64,000 bases of DNA from Guillardia theta CCMP2712. Its lineage: Eukaryota > Protista > Cryptophyta. Below are positions 36,298-47,528 of the stretch, in pieces. Position 1 is the first letter of the stretch. Each line of letters begins with the position of its first letter. A program made the translations under genes and the position numbers. The stretch is taken from contig NW_005434669.1 of the NCBI RefSeq assembly GCF_000315625.1, positions 469,238-533,237 of the forward strand, written 5' to 3'. The notes under the pieces were generated by a model. The model saw only the letters and a program-made list of their open reading frames with translations. It did not search any database and was not told where the DNA came from.

Positions 36298-38100
36298 GAC
36301 ACTGTCGCACAGGCCAAACGGCGAGAAGAGAAAGACAGCGAGAACCAAACCTAAACCTGCCGACTGCTGTCCCCCAAACTTAACTGATACCTTCACTTAA
36401 CGGCGCGCAGGACAAGTCCCCCGCGCGGCCATGCCAGCGATGTCGCGGTGGCCGCCGCCGAAGGAATGAGACGCATACCGGGATGCACCCGCGATGATGG
36501 CAGCGTAGGACAGGGAGGCCTTGAGCTGACGGAAGATCCTGGACCGAATGCGTTTGCAAGTCGGATCACCTGAGACGTCTTGCGAGGCCGAGAGACCATC
36601 CAGCGCTGCCGTTTCCTTGTTCGCCGAGCGATCCGCCAGCCACCACAGAAAGCGCAACGCATCGTCCTGCAAGAGGCCATCAGTGCTGGCGATGATGGGA
36701 AGAAAGGCCTTTGGCGGGACGTGCTGAGCATATGCATTACGATGCCCTCGGATCTTCCGCTGTGCTGCCGCTTGCAGTTTGCTCCGAGCGAGGTCCGGTA
36801 TTCCATCATTGTCAAAAACATGTGACATGCTGAAGTCCAGGATTAACCCATGCCATCCGCCGCCAGTAGCCATCAGTTGTGGAAGTTCAAAGTCCCCTAC
36901 ATGATGATCTTCAGGGCCATGTTGGGAAACGTTCTGCCTGGTGCCGGGTACGCCTTGCACGTGGACGCGGCATCTCACTCCGGAATCTTTGATGAGGGTA
37001 CTGAGGACGGCATTGCACTTCTCATGCGCATCAGTCCATAACTGGCTGCGGTGCCTGCAGGTTGCCATGTGTGTGGTCCCCCCAGGATGACGAAGAAGAT
37101 GATGGCATCGATCGCAGTGCGGCGGGAGGTCAACCGGCAATCCATGAAGAAACTTGTCAGCGGCAGCCACCAAGCTGATGGGCTGCTGCTCAAAGATCCC
37201 AAGGTTTGTACTTTCCATAGTCGAGTGCCAAATCGTGCGCTGAGGGGTAAACTGAGACAGAAGTTCATCAACCGGGTGGCCTGGTACTCGAAGGGGAGTA
37301 GAGAAGCTGGAGTGGTGTGCCAACAAAGATCTCTGGCGCTCTGAAAGGTGAGCCCGAATACTGCGGAACCGGGGAAACTCCGAGAGGAACTGAGCCGTGA
37401 GCTCCCGCTGGGCGGGGATGAAAAGCGCACTGCCCGACGTCCCAAATAATTCAGGCGAGGGGATCCAGCCATTGTCGCACGCCTGAGGAAGCTCCGCCAA
37501 GGAGGTGTACGCCGAGATGCCCTGCTCCATCAAGTGCCTGTGAGTGTCCAAGAAGGCAGCAAGCATGGGGACAACATCCCCAGCGTCCGCTTGCTGCGGT
37601 TGGCGGATTCGAAGCTCAGTGTCAGAAATGATCCGGTGGAAGAGTGGCGGTGTAGGGAAAGTCCAATGCTGGAAGATGGCAATTTCACCCGCCCATTTGA
37701 GAAACTTGGCAGTCGCCGACCAGAATGCGGTGTAGGCCACGCCCTCCTGCGGGGTGAACCCATCTCCTCCAGCACTATAAGGCAACTGACGTTTGAAGTA
37801 GGCGAACTGAAGGTCAGATGGAGGGGTGCCAGGGGCAGGTTGCAGGACACTGAGATGAACCCTCCTGTGCCTGGTTCTGTGGCCACTGAAACACCTTCGC
37901 CAGGAGACGGAGATTCGCGACGTCAAAGCACTTGCACTGGGCAGCGGTCAAGGCCGGGGAGATTCCACGCAAGAAATATTGGAGGGTGGGAACGTGGGTC
38001 GTTTTCAAGAGCTGCTTGAGACCCAACGCAATGGGAAATTGTTCCAACTGGGTCAATTCAGCATTGAGGGCATTCACCTTGGCAGTGATAAACTCTGAGC
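36298..38100 (-). mobile_element. 5'-truncated non-LTR retrotransposon, CRE-like clade with restriction-like endonuclease; one frameshift near 37830-37880
   Basis: Intronless ORF: post-RT region (PTLQYFLRG..CFD; QLPYSAGGDG), CCHC knuckle CDRC-x11-H-x3-C, AHEKC (RH-like), VGDF..LILDFSMSH..KIRGH..FLPIIASTDG (PD-(D/E)xK-type RLE). The RT core is missing. Confidence 0.82.
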
Positions 38101-38163
38101 AGTCCGGCAGTCCGGACTACCGGACCCCGGGCCCGGGGCCCTCGACCTCACAGAGTCACCTAA

Positions 38164-38196
38164 TGAACCGTTTTACTCAAAGTTAAGTGAACCGTT
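38164..38196. repeat. 15-nt micro-insertion flanked by 9-bp direct repeat TGAACCGTT
   Basis: TGAACCGTT + TTACTCAAAGTTAAG + TGAACCGTT. Confidence 0.8.
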
Positions 38197-38935
38197 CAGA
38201 TTCGTCACGGCGCCAACCGTTGAATTGGTCCACCGTCAAGTCAACAGTTCGAAGTCATCAGAGTGGTGCGTGCCTTTTGCCGCCTGGCCGTGATGATTCT
38301 ACACCGGCCGCAACATCAACGTCAGGCTGGCGCCAAACTTCAACCTTGAGCAAAATCACTTAAGGTCTCGCTATCAGAATCACTGACCTGCATGGTTGCC
38401 ACTCCACCCTTTAGTAGGCTTCCGGCGTAGGAGATAGGTACTATAGTTTTAAACGACGTTTCGAAGCAACGGCCGTCCTTGTTCACAAGACCCGGTCATG
38501 TATTCCACCCCACCCCCTCCTGGGCCGGGAGCAAAGTGGTGCCGGAACTCCGAACTCAGGGGCTATTGCAAGCGTCTACAGACAGCTTTTAGCCCTATCT
38601 CAACGTACGTTGGAGGATGATGTTCGAAATAAAAGGTTTTCGGAATCTGGAAGGAGCTCCGATATTGCTAAAAATAATCTTTTCAAAGAATGAGGGAAAA
38701 CTGCTGACATCCGAATCCCATAAAAAACAGAGGAAGCATTTGTGCACATCCCAGTCCACGAAACCGAAAGGCAAAAAGTACACAAAGAAGGACAAGAGCA
38801 GAGGAAAGGAGACTCGTCAAGAACAATCTGAAAGCAAAGACTCATTCTCAAGCAGGAATACAAATCAATCTCTACTGTACATTACAGCTTCAATCTCAAA
38901 TTCATACTACTAAAAAACTCTCATTCGTAATCGAA

Positions 38936-39271
38936 ATGCAAGCCATCACAGACCCGAGCCAACTTTTCGAATGGGTCGGGAATTTGTTCCAGCAAAATCA
39001 AAATGGAGGCACTGCTCAACAAGCTAACGCTCTTCAGACATCACAACAGCGAGTATGTGCTCCCCGCTCTGTACTAAGACGAAACCGTGCTCGGAATGTC
39101 CCCAAAAGAGTAACGTTTTCTGTGGAAATCGCAAATAGTGTTACGATTCCGGTCAGCTGCATCTCTCCCAGCTTCAAATCAAGCAGAAATGTAAGATTGT
39201 CAAGACCCTGCCACCATCCGACATCACCGTCAGCATCTACCTCTCACAAACAAACTTTCTTGATGATGTAG
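38936..39271 (+). CDS. Small intronless protein, WVxxLF / SILK-like / RVxF family, paralog 1
   Basis: LFEWVGNLF, PRSVLRR, KRVTF; aligns by eye with the two neighbouring paralogs. Confidence 0.75.
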   Translation: MQAITDPSQLFEWVGNLFQQNQNGGTAQQANALQTSQQRVCAPRSVLRRNRARNVPKRVTFSVEIANSVTIPVSCISPSFKSSRNVRLSRPCHHPTSPSASTSHKQTFLMM

Positions 39272-39867
39272 TCGGCTATAAGTCACTCTAAGAATGTTAA
39301 ATTCCTTCATAGATTGTACATATCAATAAATTGCAGTTTGGCTCTATGCTTCTTGATATGAAATGAAATGCAAGTTTGGCATTGATCTGCATGATAAAAC
39401 TCATCTGTGGCTGGGAGAACCGATCGCTACAGATTAATTGCTTTTGATGCACCTTGTTGTTTTGAGAGAGTGCTCGTGCATTTGTGAAAGTGGATCTTAG
39501 TTCAATTTACAAATCATACATGAATCTTGTAAACAACTTCGTGCAAACATTTGAGACAGGTAAGACACAGAGTATAATGTTCATAGCGATGTAGAAACAA
39601 GGTGGTCTGTTTGAAAACATTGGAAAGATCTGGGCAATTGGATTCGTCGATTTGTGGCATATGCCATTTATGCGTCTTGATTTGAGAAAATGATTGAGTT
39701 TATCAGAACCAATGAGTTTGAACGATTGGGAGACTTACTCAAATTTACCACTTTACTTCAATTCATTGAATATTACTCTACAGTTCAATTATTTAGGTTA
39801 TTGAGTTTCAAGATTATAGTTATTGATCACAAAACAATTGCCTTGAATGAGCATACGATCATCCTTA

Positions 39868-40164
39868 TCAAGGCAAAATCGAACGTTCGATTGATGCACA
39901 AGCAGCTGATCGCCGTCTGGTGCAAGCTGACAACTTCACACTCTTTCTCCTTCTTCCGTCAGAGCATGTCCTTGTGCCATTTGTAATTTCGACGCAGAAT
40001 GTCACCCTCTTCTCTTGTTTACATTTGGAATATCCTCGACGAAGTGCCGATCTCAACTCCTTCAAAGGTTCGCTGGGCTCATCTTTCACGATAAACTGAT
40101 GTTCTGGTCCAAACAGTTGTTCGACCCATGCTAAAAGGGCGTTCGAATCTGCAATTGCTTGCAT
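39868..40164 (-). CDS. Small intronless protein, WVxxLF / SILK-like / RVxF family, paralog 2
   Basis: MQAIAD, LLAWVEQLF, LRSALRR, KRVTFCVEI. Confidence 0.75.
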   Translation of the reverse strand: MQAIADSNALLAWVEQLFGPEHQFIVKDEPSEPLKELRSALRRGYSKCKQEKRVTFCVEITNGTRTCSDGRRRKSVKLSACTRRRSAACASIERSILP

Positions 40165-40439
40165 GTGCAATATCGATTAATGCTTGGAAGCTTGTATGTT
40201 ACTTGTCTGCAAAAGAGTATATCTAAACGATCTTCTCTGCACAAAGGCGATTGTTTGTTGAAATCGAAGGGGATTGCAAAGTTTTCCCCTCGCTTCTTCC
40301 CATTTACCTTGCTTCACTCACCCACAGGGACGACCCGGTAGGGGGTCGGAATCTATACAGGGAATAATCAAGGTATGGTCATGGGATATGGGTGGGTAGG
40401 GGTAGTTTCAAGGGGAAAGATCCGTATGGTCCTGACTGT

Positions 40440-41090
40440 GAGTTTTTAACCTGACACGAATTGGGAGTTGCTGACTCCGATCGGCGTCTGGTCAGAACAG
40501 AACGTCAGCCGGAGCTCCGATTTATTTAACTCCAGCGGCCAGCCGGGGAACTTTCCGTGACCGTCTGACGGACGTGACCGGTACCGAACTTCGAGTTGAA
40601 CTCGCCGACTTGTACTGACGGTCCTACTGATCTTTAACTTTTTTAACTTTGAGTGAAGATCCGGACGGAGGCTCAGAGCCGGCGGAGTCCCGGAGTCCGG
40701 GACCACGGGTCGGCGCCGGACCGGCGGCAGCGGCCGCTCGCCGGGCCGGGCCGGGCCGGTCCGTTGCCGCGGCCAGACGCCGCGGCGTGACGCCTGGCTA
40801 GTACCGGGACGGCCCGTGACGGTCCGATCGGGCCCCGGTCCGAGCGCCGCGGGCGGCGGCCGCCGCTCAGTCCGGCCGCCCGATGATCATTGAATGGGGC
40901 CGCCGCTAGTACCGGGGCCCGGACCACGTCTCAGGCCAGAGTCACTGGCGGCCGGGCCGGGCCGGGCCCGGGGGGCAGGGGCGGCCGCCGCGTGACGGAC
41001 AGTGACGGTCCGAGTCAGGCCGGGCCGCGGCCGGGCCCGTTGGCCAGTGGGCCGCCCGGGCCCCCGGGGCCGGAAGGTGGGGGGTCATAG
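40440..41090. repeat. GC-rich quasi-palindromic island with a degenerate micro-repeat copy (40621-40654)
   Basis: Long CCGGG/GGCC arrays; GTCCTACTGATCTTTAACTTTTTTAACTTTGAGT. Confidence 0.75.
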
Positions 41091-42491
41091 CGTTGTCACT
41101 CCAATTTCGGAATGGTTTCAAGTTGCCTGTCTCTCTCATTGTTGAACTTGAACAACGATATTTACACCAAACATTTGGAAAATCTGTTCGCACGCCATGA
41201 AAATTGAACACCCTACCCCCTTCCACGGATCCCTACCGGCTTCCATGTCCCTGAATCGTTGAATTCAATTCAATTTTCAGACCTACTGATTTAAGGGAAC
41301 CCCACCCTTCCCCCATCATGCAAGTCTCCGAGACAGCAACCTGTCGAGGAGGAAGGCTCCCCTTCGAGCCGCCCTTTTCCTTGGGTCTGCTCCTATTCAA
41401 ACTCGGTCGGGCTCTGCATGGCACGGGGCTCAAGTCAAGGGGTTCCCAGCACTCCCTTTTAAAACACATGTTACACGTTGGTATTGAAGTTTCCGCACCC
41501 CCTTGGGACGGTACCCCTGCGACTGTTATTATTATTATGCTCCTGCTGCCTACACCCCTCCCGAGTCAAGGGGCACGACCCCTACCCCCGTCACGTCCTC
41601 CAACGTATTATTGGCCCACCAGACCCAGAAGGACACACCGGTGCGAATTTTTCCCGTTCCGCCACACAATCTAAACCCACACCCACCCTTCGAAGCTATA
41701 CCATTTCTGTCGTACCCCCACCCCTTCTCATGAAGTTTACCCCTATTTTATGTCATCCAACGTTTCTACCCCTACCCCGCAATTTTAGGACCCCCTACAG
41801 ATAAGGCCACCCCATGTCTATAGCTCCATATCTCAATACGGGCCCAGACCATCCCTCCTCCACGTTTCCTCCATTGTACAACAATCCCTTGCTCTCCCTT
41901 CCCCGCTCCCTTGCCCTTCTCTTCTAGTTGATCTGAAGTTTTCTATCCGCAACCCCGTTACCTTTCTTTTGCTGCCTTCGATCTTTTGCTCCATATTTCC
42001 AAAATTCCATGTTCTTATCGACTTGCAGGCAATGTACCGTTTCTGTCTGAGACTGCAATGTCCTGAAAGCTACTCTCCGGCACCTTTTCTACCCGCTTTG
42101 TTTCAGTTACTCGCCTCTGTTGTGCTGAAACACAATATTGTGTTTGTGCTTCAAGCGTAAAACATGATATTTGTTTGTGTTGCAAAACATTGTTGAGAAA
42201 TTTGTTGGGGGGACGTCTCAGGAAATGTTGTAGATTGCAGAGATGTCTAAAACAGCTTCTGATCACCTGTCCCACACACTTCAGATTTCAAAAAACATTC
42301 CCTATATCTCGCATGAGATCATGAGAATATGGAACTCAAAATCGATTATATGATTCTCGAAGCCTGTAGTCGTGTGATGTCGAAACTTGTGTTAAAATTG
42401 GGACATGTTTTCCTGTGGATTGTTTTTGTGTCAGGGATTGACCTTTGTTCTTGTCAGATCCCCAACGTGCTACTGCTTGCGGTAGGCAACC

Positions 42492-42992
42492 ATGGCAGCA
42501 GAGTCCGACCACAAATCAGAGAACAAATCACCCGGTCCGAACACAGTCAATGCGGGAAAGATCTTCGAATGGGTTGGGTCCTTATTTTTCAATCAGACAG
42601 AAATAGGACCTGCTGGGACGACCTTTGAACATGATCCAGCTGCTCCTGCGATACACCATGGCCCAGGATCAACTTGCAACGTTGATTTGCATCAAGTTCA
42701 AGCTCATCAGAAGACCATGAGCGTTTCTGCAGTCGACATGGTGAAACCCCGTTCTGCCATGCGAACTACATTTCGATCTCGCAAACAGCAAAAACGAGTT
42801 CGTTTCTGTACAGCAATTGAAAACCTGCAAACTTCAGGATCGAAGGAAAAACTTAGTGAGCAACACCACCATTACACAAGGTCTAGGAGTTGCTATCCAG
42901 AAACTCTTGCTCACGACAGTGAACAACTCATGTCAAGCATCAAGTCGAATCGTTGCCGATCAATGAGTGTGAGAGAATTCGTGATATTCTGA
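42492..42992 (+). CDS. Small intronless protein, WVxxLF / SILK-like / RVxF family, paralog 3
   Basis: IFEWVGSLF, PRSAMR, KRVRF. Confidence 0.75.
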   Translation: MAAESDHKSENKSPGPNTVNAGKIFEWVGSLFFNQTEIGPAGTTFEHDPAAPAIHHGPGSTCNVDLHQVQAHQKTMSVSAVDMVKPRSAMRTTFRSRKQQKRVRFCTAIENLQTSGSKEKLSEQHHHYTRSRSCYPETLAHDSEQLMSSIKSNRCRSMSVREFVIF

Positions 42993-43229
42993 ATGCTTGT
43001 ATATTGATTAAACTTCAATTTAAACGTGAATATGTGTTTCAGATGATTGTCAGACGTTTTATTGAATAGGTCTATTTCCAAATGGAGTCTTCTGATAATT
43101 GGATCTGTTTTTGGTAGGTGAAAATTTCTCGGGATAGAAACAAACTTTGCATCTTAATGCTATCCATCTTTTTCTATTGGGAGGGATGTAAAGAAGGCTG
43201 AAAGAATAAGGCTGGGTTCAAGTTCTGCT

Positions 43230-44775
43230 TTAGTCCTCAGAGAACGTTGACTTGAAGAGCTCGAAAAGCATTAAGCTTATCGCCATCTGCTCATTACATC
43301 AGAACATCACGTACATTGAGAATCAAAACGAGATGATACCTGCGGGGCAAGACGTCCTACACGTCCTTGTACACCCTAGGCGATAGGAAATAATGAGAGA
43401 ACGTACACGTGAATTGGAGGAAATTTACCCTGTAGAATGCAGCTAAACGATCTTCTCTCCAAAGCTCGATGGCTGCTTGTCTGATTCCAACTATTCCAGA
43501 TCAGGAACATCTACTAAACGTTTTTAAAGATGCAACCTGAAATTCGTCGTGACTGTATTCTTGTCTTGATTGTATCCAATGGCGTCGTGATACTGGAGGC
43601 AGCAACACCCTAAAAGCATGAACGTCGAAAGAAAGAAAAATGGGGAAACAAATCATTTTACAGCAAAGAGTCCAGCCAACAAGTCATCAAGTGGAGAAAG
43701 CTTCAAACTTGCATCTTTGTTTGCTTTGGCCCGAAACTGTACGACTGATTTTCTAATCTATTAGAGACGGACTGTGTCAACACCTAAGCCTAGTGAATAA
43801 GATTACCTGTGAATATGTTGTGAAATAAATTGCTCCAAAGGGAATATCCCTCATCCAACAAGCGCGCGAACCCTTTGATTGGCAAAAGAACCCATTTCAA
43901 AAACAAGACCTTGATCATCAGATGAAATGGACCTGATATAAACCTCCGAATCCTATCTGGCTCACCAGTTTCCTAACTGAGCCAGCATTGCTGCCCTCGA
44001 TCTGCAACGGGACATTTTTTAGAATCCGAATATGTTGCCTTGCTTTCTCTGAGTCACCTGTTGCAAAATCTTGACTCTTTCCATGGGATTGGTCACTATG
44101 ATCTGGGTGAACCCTGCAAACGCTCCTGCAAAGATCTCTGCTGGGAGTGGGAGGTCCTACACCCTCAAGGTGTCACTTTCGATCAACCGGGCGTAAATGT
44201 GCAATAGAGTACCTTCTGCGGGCATTTCAAAACCTTGCTCAAAATGTTTTTTGAAGCATCATTCATACCAATGCAAAATGCACCTGAACAAACATTACAA
44301 GGTGCTTTGTTGAGGAAACGGCAAAACCTTCAGGGACGGAGCCGAGAAGAACTGGAGTACAACCGTTGAAGAGAGACAAAAGTCCTTCCTCTCGAGCAAC
44401 CTTGGTGATTGTTCTGAAAATTCCAGTGTATTGCTTGCCATTGATGTTTGCGAGACTTCCTTGAATTCTCGTTTTTGCCAGGTCAATAGGGAACACGGCT
44501 GTCGAAGCTATTCCACTTGCTATGCCACTCATCATGAAATCCTTCCACCTCGCACCTGCCGCAGGCATTTCGAAAGAGAGCTTTGCCTTCATAAGCATTT
44601 CGGCAGGTTTTGAGAAATCTAAGAGAGTAGATGGAGGGGTGGCAAACCAGGGAATGTTGTTTTTCCGTGCATTCATCGAATTAACGTCAAGCATCGCTGT
44701 GGATGATGCCGAAATTTCCAAGACGAGAAGGAAAATGAATGCGCCGAGCGCAGATTGAGATGTAGTTCCTAGCAT
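43230..44775 (-). CDS. Mitochondrial carrier family (SLC25) protein with N-terminal signal-like extension, multi-exon
   Basis: Three PxD/ExxK motifs ([22 protein letters not shown]), [10 protein letters not shown] and QYTGIF..REEG; ends [12 protein letters not shown]. Confidence 0.9.
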
Positions 44776-45445
44776 TTTCTTGGAAAGAAATAATTGTCAG
44801 CAATCCAAGTTTTGCTTGAAATGTCTACGTAATCCCGACCTTATATACCCTGCAAATTGTTTCGTAATCTCTACGTTCGAGATATTCTAAGCCATTGTTG
44901 ACTTTGATGTTTTCTGGAAACAGCTACAAGAACAGAGGAAAAATTGAAACCCATTGTAAATTGCGAGATTACTCCTGTAAAGGTTTTTTCTTCCTTAGGT
45001 CCAGCATATTTCAAAGATTCCTCAATTCAAACAGCCCTTCTGTTGTACTGCCTAAATTTCGAAAGACATGATAACCAAGCGTCTTACATTCTCAACGGAT
45101 ATTTCTTATCCTACTTTGAGCTACCTCTTTGCTGCTTGTTTCTCCCAACCCCTCTCTCATCCTGTGACTTCCTCGCCCTTCCCGTCCCCTTCCGTCCTAC
45201 GCATGCCACCAAGTTTGTGGGGGAAACTCTATTCCCCAACTTCATGTCCCCTACCCCCGCTGGCTATGGCGAAAAGAACCCGTACCGTAAAGGTGGTCAC
45301 GATCCCTGGCACACTTTCAAGGCAGAACTAAACTGAGACTTGACTAAACCTAAACCGACCCTCCCTAAAGCGATGCCGTACTGTTGTCACAGTTGAGTAA
45401 ACTTGTTGAGCTCATACCGGATCTGCCGCGAACGATTGAGCAACA

Positions 45446-47224
45446 ATGACCAAGCGGCGAAACAGCGACCGCGAAGAGGGGGAGGAGGGGGAAGAAGGAG
45501 GAAGCAGCAGCGCCTCACACTCAGCTGTACATCTTCCTCGAAAACGTCACGCTGCTCTCAATAGAGTGGACTGTGACAAAGGGATGGATCGAGCAGATGC
45601 TGGCCCACAGCACGAGCCTCCGCATCCACAACCTGACGCAGGCGTGACACGGGAAGGATGCGAAAGGAATTCAGATTCATGCACATACTGTCATCAATCA
45701 CCTCAGAATTCTATTGCTCACACTTTCAATGATGAAGGACAAGAAATAACTGAAATTCGAAGCCCAATTTTGACACATACATTTAACACTCGACAGAACG
45801 ACTGTCCTGAGCGTTTAGACAGGACATGCTCCTCGTCAAGAAGTACGGACCTTGAGTTTTCACAAGAAGAGATTTCAAACCATGACAGCTTGCGCACAGA
45901 GCCTCCGGCTCGCCTTAGACGGAGGCGCAGAGCAGGTGCGGGGTCATCCAGGTCTCCGACGAACAGGACGAGAAGCAGAAATCAACCAATTTATGCCACA
46001 AACCTGTTTAGTGATATCACAGGAGATACGTGGGAAGATGATGCATGGCTACAAGAGAGCCTTCGATTGACGAATGGCCCTATCGGCGCCTGGCTGGACA
46101 ATTTGATGATATTTTTCGTTTTGCTGCTATTTGCATTTATTTGCAAGTTTTTGATTTCGTTCCTTTTCTTTGTCTTCCTGTATTATCGTCTTGTTCAAGT
46201 CAACCGATCTTTGACAATGTCAGTGGATACAAAAAGTAGAATCTGGAGTGGATTGCAAGCTGTTCTCAACATTCTGTGTATTCTTGCCGTTCTCATAGTT
46301 GCGAGCCAGGAGAACGAGGTTGGAAAGCAATTTGGTCTGTCTAAGCTTACCATCTCAAGAAACGTACGCAAAGTGGAGCTCTCTAAATATCTATCATTTG
46401 AACCAATCAACCAAGACCTGAATTTTATAGAAATGATCAGCATGATTGCGATTTGTGATATCTTGTTATGTAACATTGGAATTTGTTTCAAGTCTTTATC
46501 ACTACAAGCAGCGAGCTGTTTCTTGCACAAAAAGAGGCAGGGTATATCATCATGCTGGAAGATACGATAATTGCAATGTAGATTTAATCCTGTTGTTTGT
46601 TTTTGTCTAACCGCTTCACTCAGATATCGACAAATGTTGCCTGCCATTCCATGGCTCACTGCGATCAAGTCTTGGTCTCAATTTCCTGCCCTTTCTTTGT
46701 TTTTTGCCAGCGTGTATCTCTTCATCAAAGTCAAGGTTGCGCTTTATACTGCACGATTTGCACCTTTTAATGTTTGCTTTCAGGGTGGTATAATGACTGC
46801 CCAATTCGCCAACACAGCTTGCAATGCCTTGTTCCGCAACAAGCTTCCTTATGGCCAGCTCCTGAAAGATGATGAGGTACATGCGGCCGAGCATTTCTTC
46901 TCAAGGGTTTATGTCTGGTTGACGTCATCGAACCAGGCAAACAATTCACCTGGAGATGGTGAGTGTGCCATTTGTCAGAGTGATCTGCACGCGCCGGTCA
47001 AGCTTGTTTGCGGGCACATCTTCTGCGATGATTGCGTCATGCAGTGGCTTGAGGTGATGAGACTCCGGCATCAGCGCATGTTTGATTTCTCACTCCCTGT
47101 CTTCCTGCAGCGCTCTCTCATTGATGGTACCTGCCCGCTCTGCCGCCAGGTGGTTCAACCGGCCGCCTATGTACATATCTCGATGAAGTCCGGTGAAGTT
47201 GGACTCCTTCCCCATCTGTTCTAA
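45446..47224 (+). CDS. RING finger and transmembrane domain protein (RNFT1/2-like E3 ligase)
   Basis: Multiple TM segments, YRQMLPAIPW, and C3HC4 RING CAICQ..CGHIFCDDC..W..TCPLCR. Confidence 0.85.
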
Positions 47225-47309
47225 AGCAGTGATATGTTTACAATTGTCTGATTACATTCTTCCAAATGGTAGTAAAACTGAAGTTCAACTCGGAGCTTGC
47301 CACTGGCGA

Positions 47310-47525
47310 CTACCAGTGCTTGAGTGTCAGCCACGGTGAAAAAGCGGCCGGGCGCGGCCCGTGCAGAAGCGGACTCGGCTCGGCATCGCCCGGCGCCCGG
47401 CGGGCCCTGGCCGCGGCCGGGTAGTGACTAGGAGTCCGGCGGACCGTCGTGACTCAGACGCGGCCCGGCCCGGGCGGCTGTGACCGGCGGTGCGGGCCCG
47501 TTTGGAGTTTGCCGTGCTCGCCGGG
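47310..47525. repeat. GC-rich quasi-palindromic island immediately upstream of Sec5
   Basis: CGGCCGGGC/GACTC/GTGAC words. Confidence 0.7.
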
Positions 47526-47528
47526 ACA

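Noticed and set aside
36234-38188. 17-bp TTTACTCAAAGTTAAGT as the TSD of the CRE-like element
   Set aside because: Each of the two copies has its own flanking direct repeat and the same sequence recurs elsewhere, so it is better read as inserted sequence than as target.
45346-45401. AAACCTAAACC shared with the retroelement 3' UTR plus TTGAGTAAA nearby; also 9-nt matches at ~23532 and ~39735
   Set aside because: Too short and lacking clear TSDs; compatible with chance.
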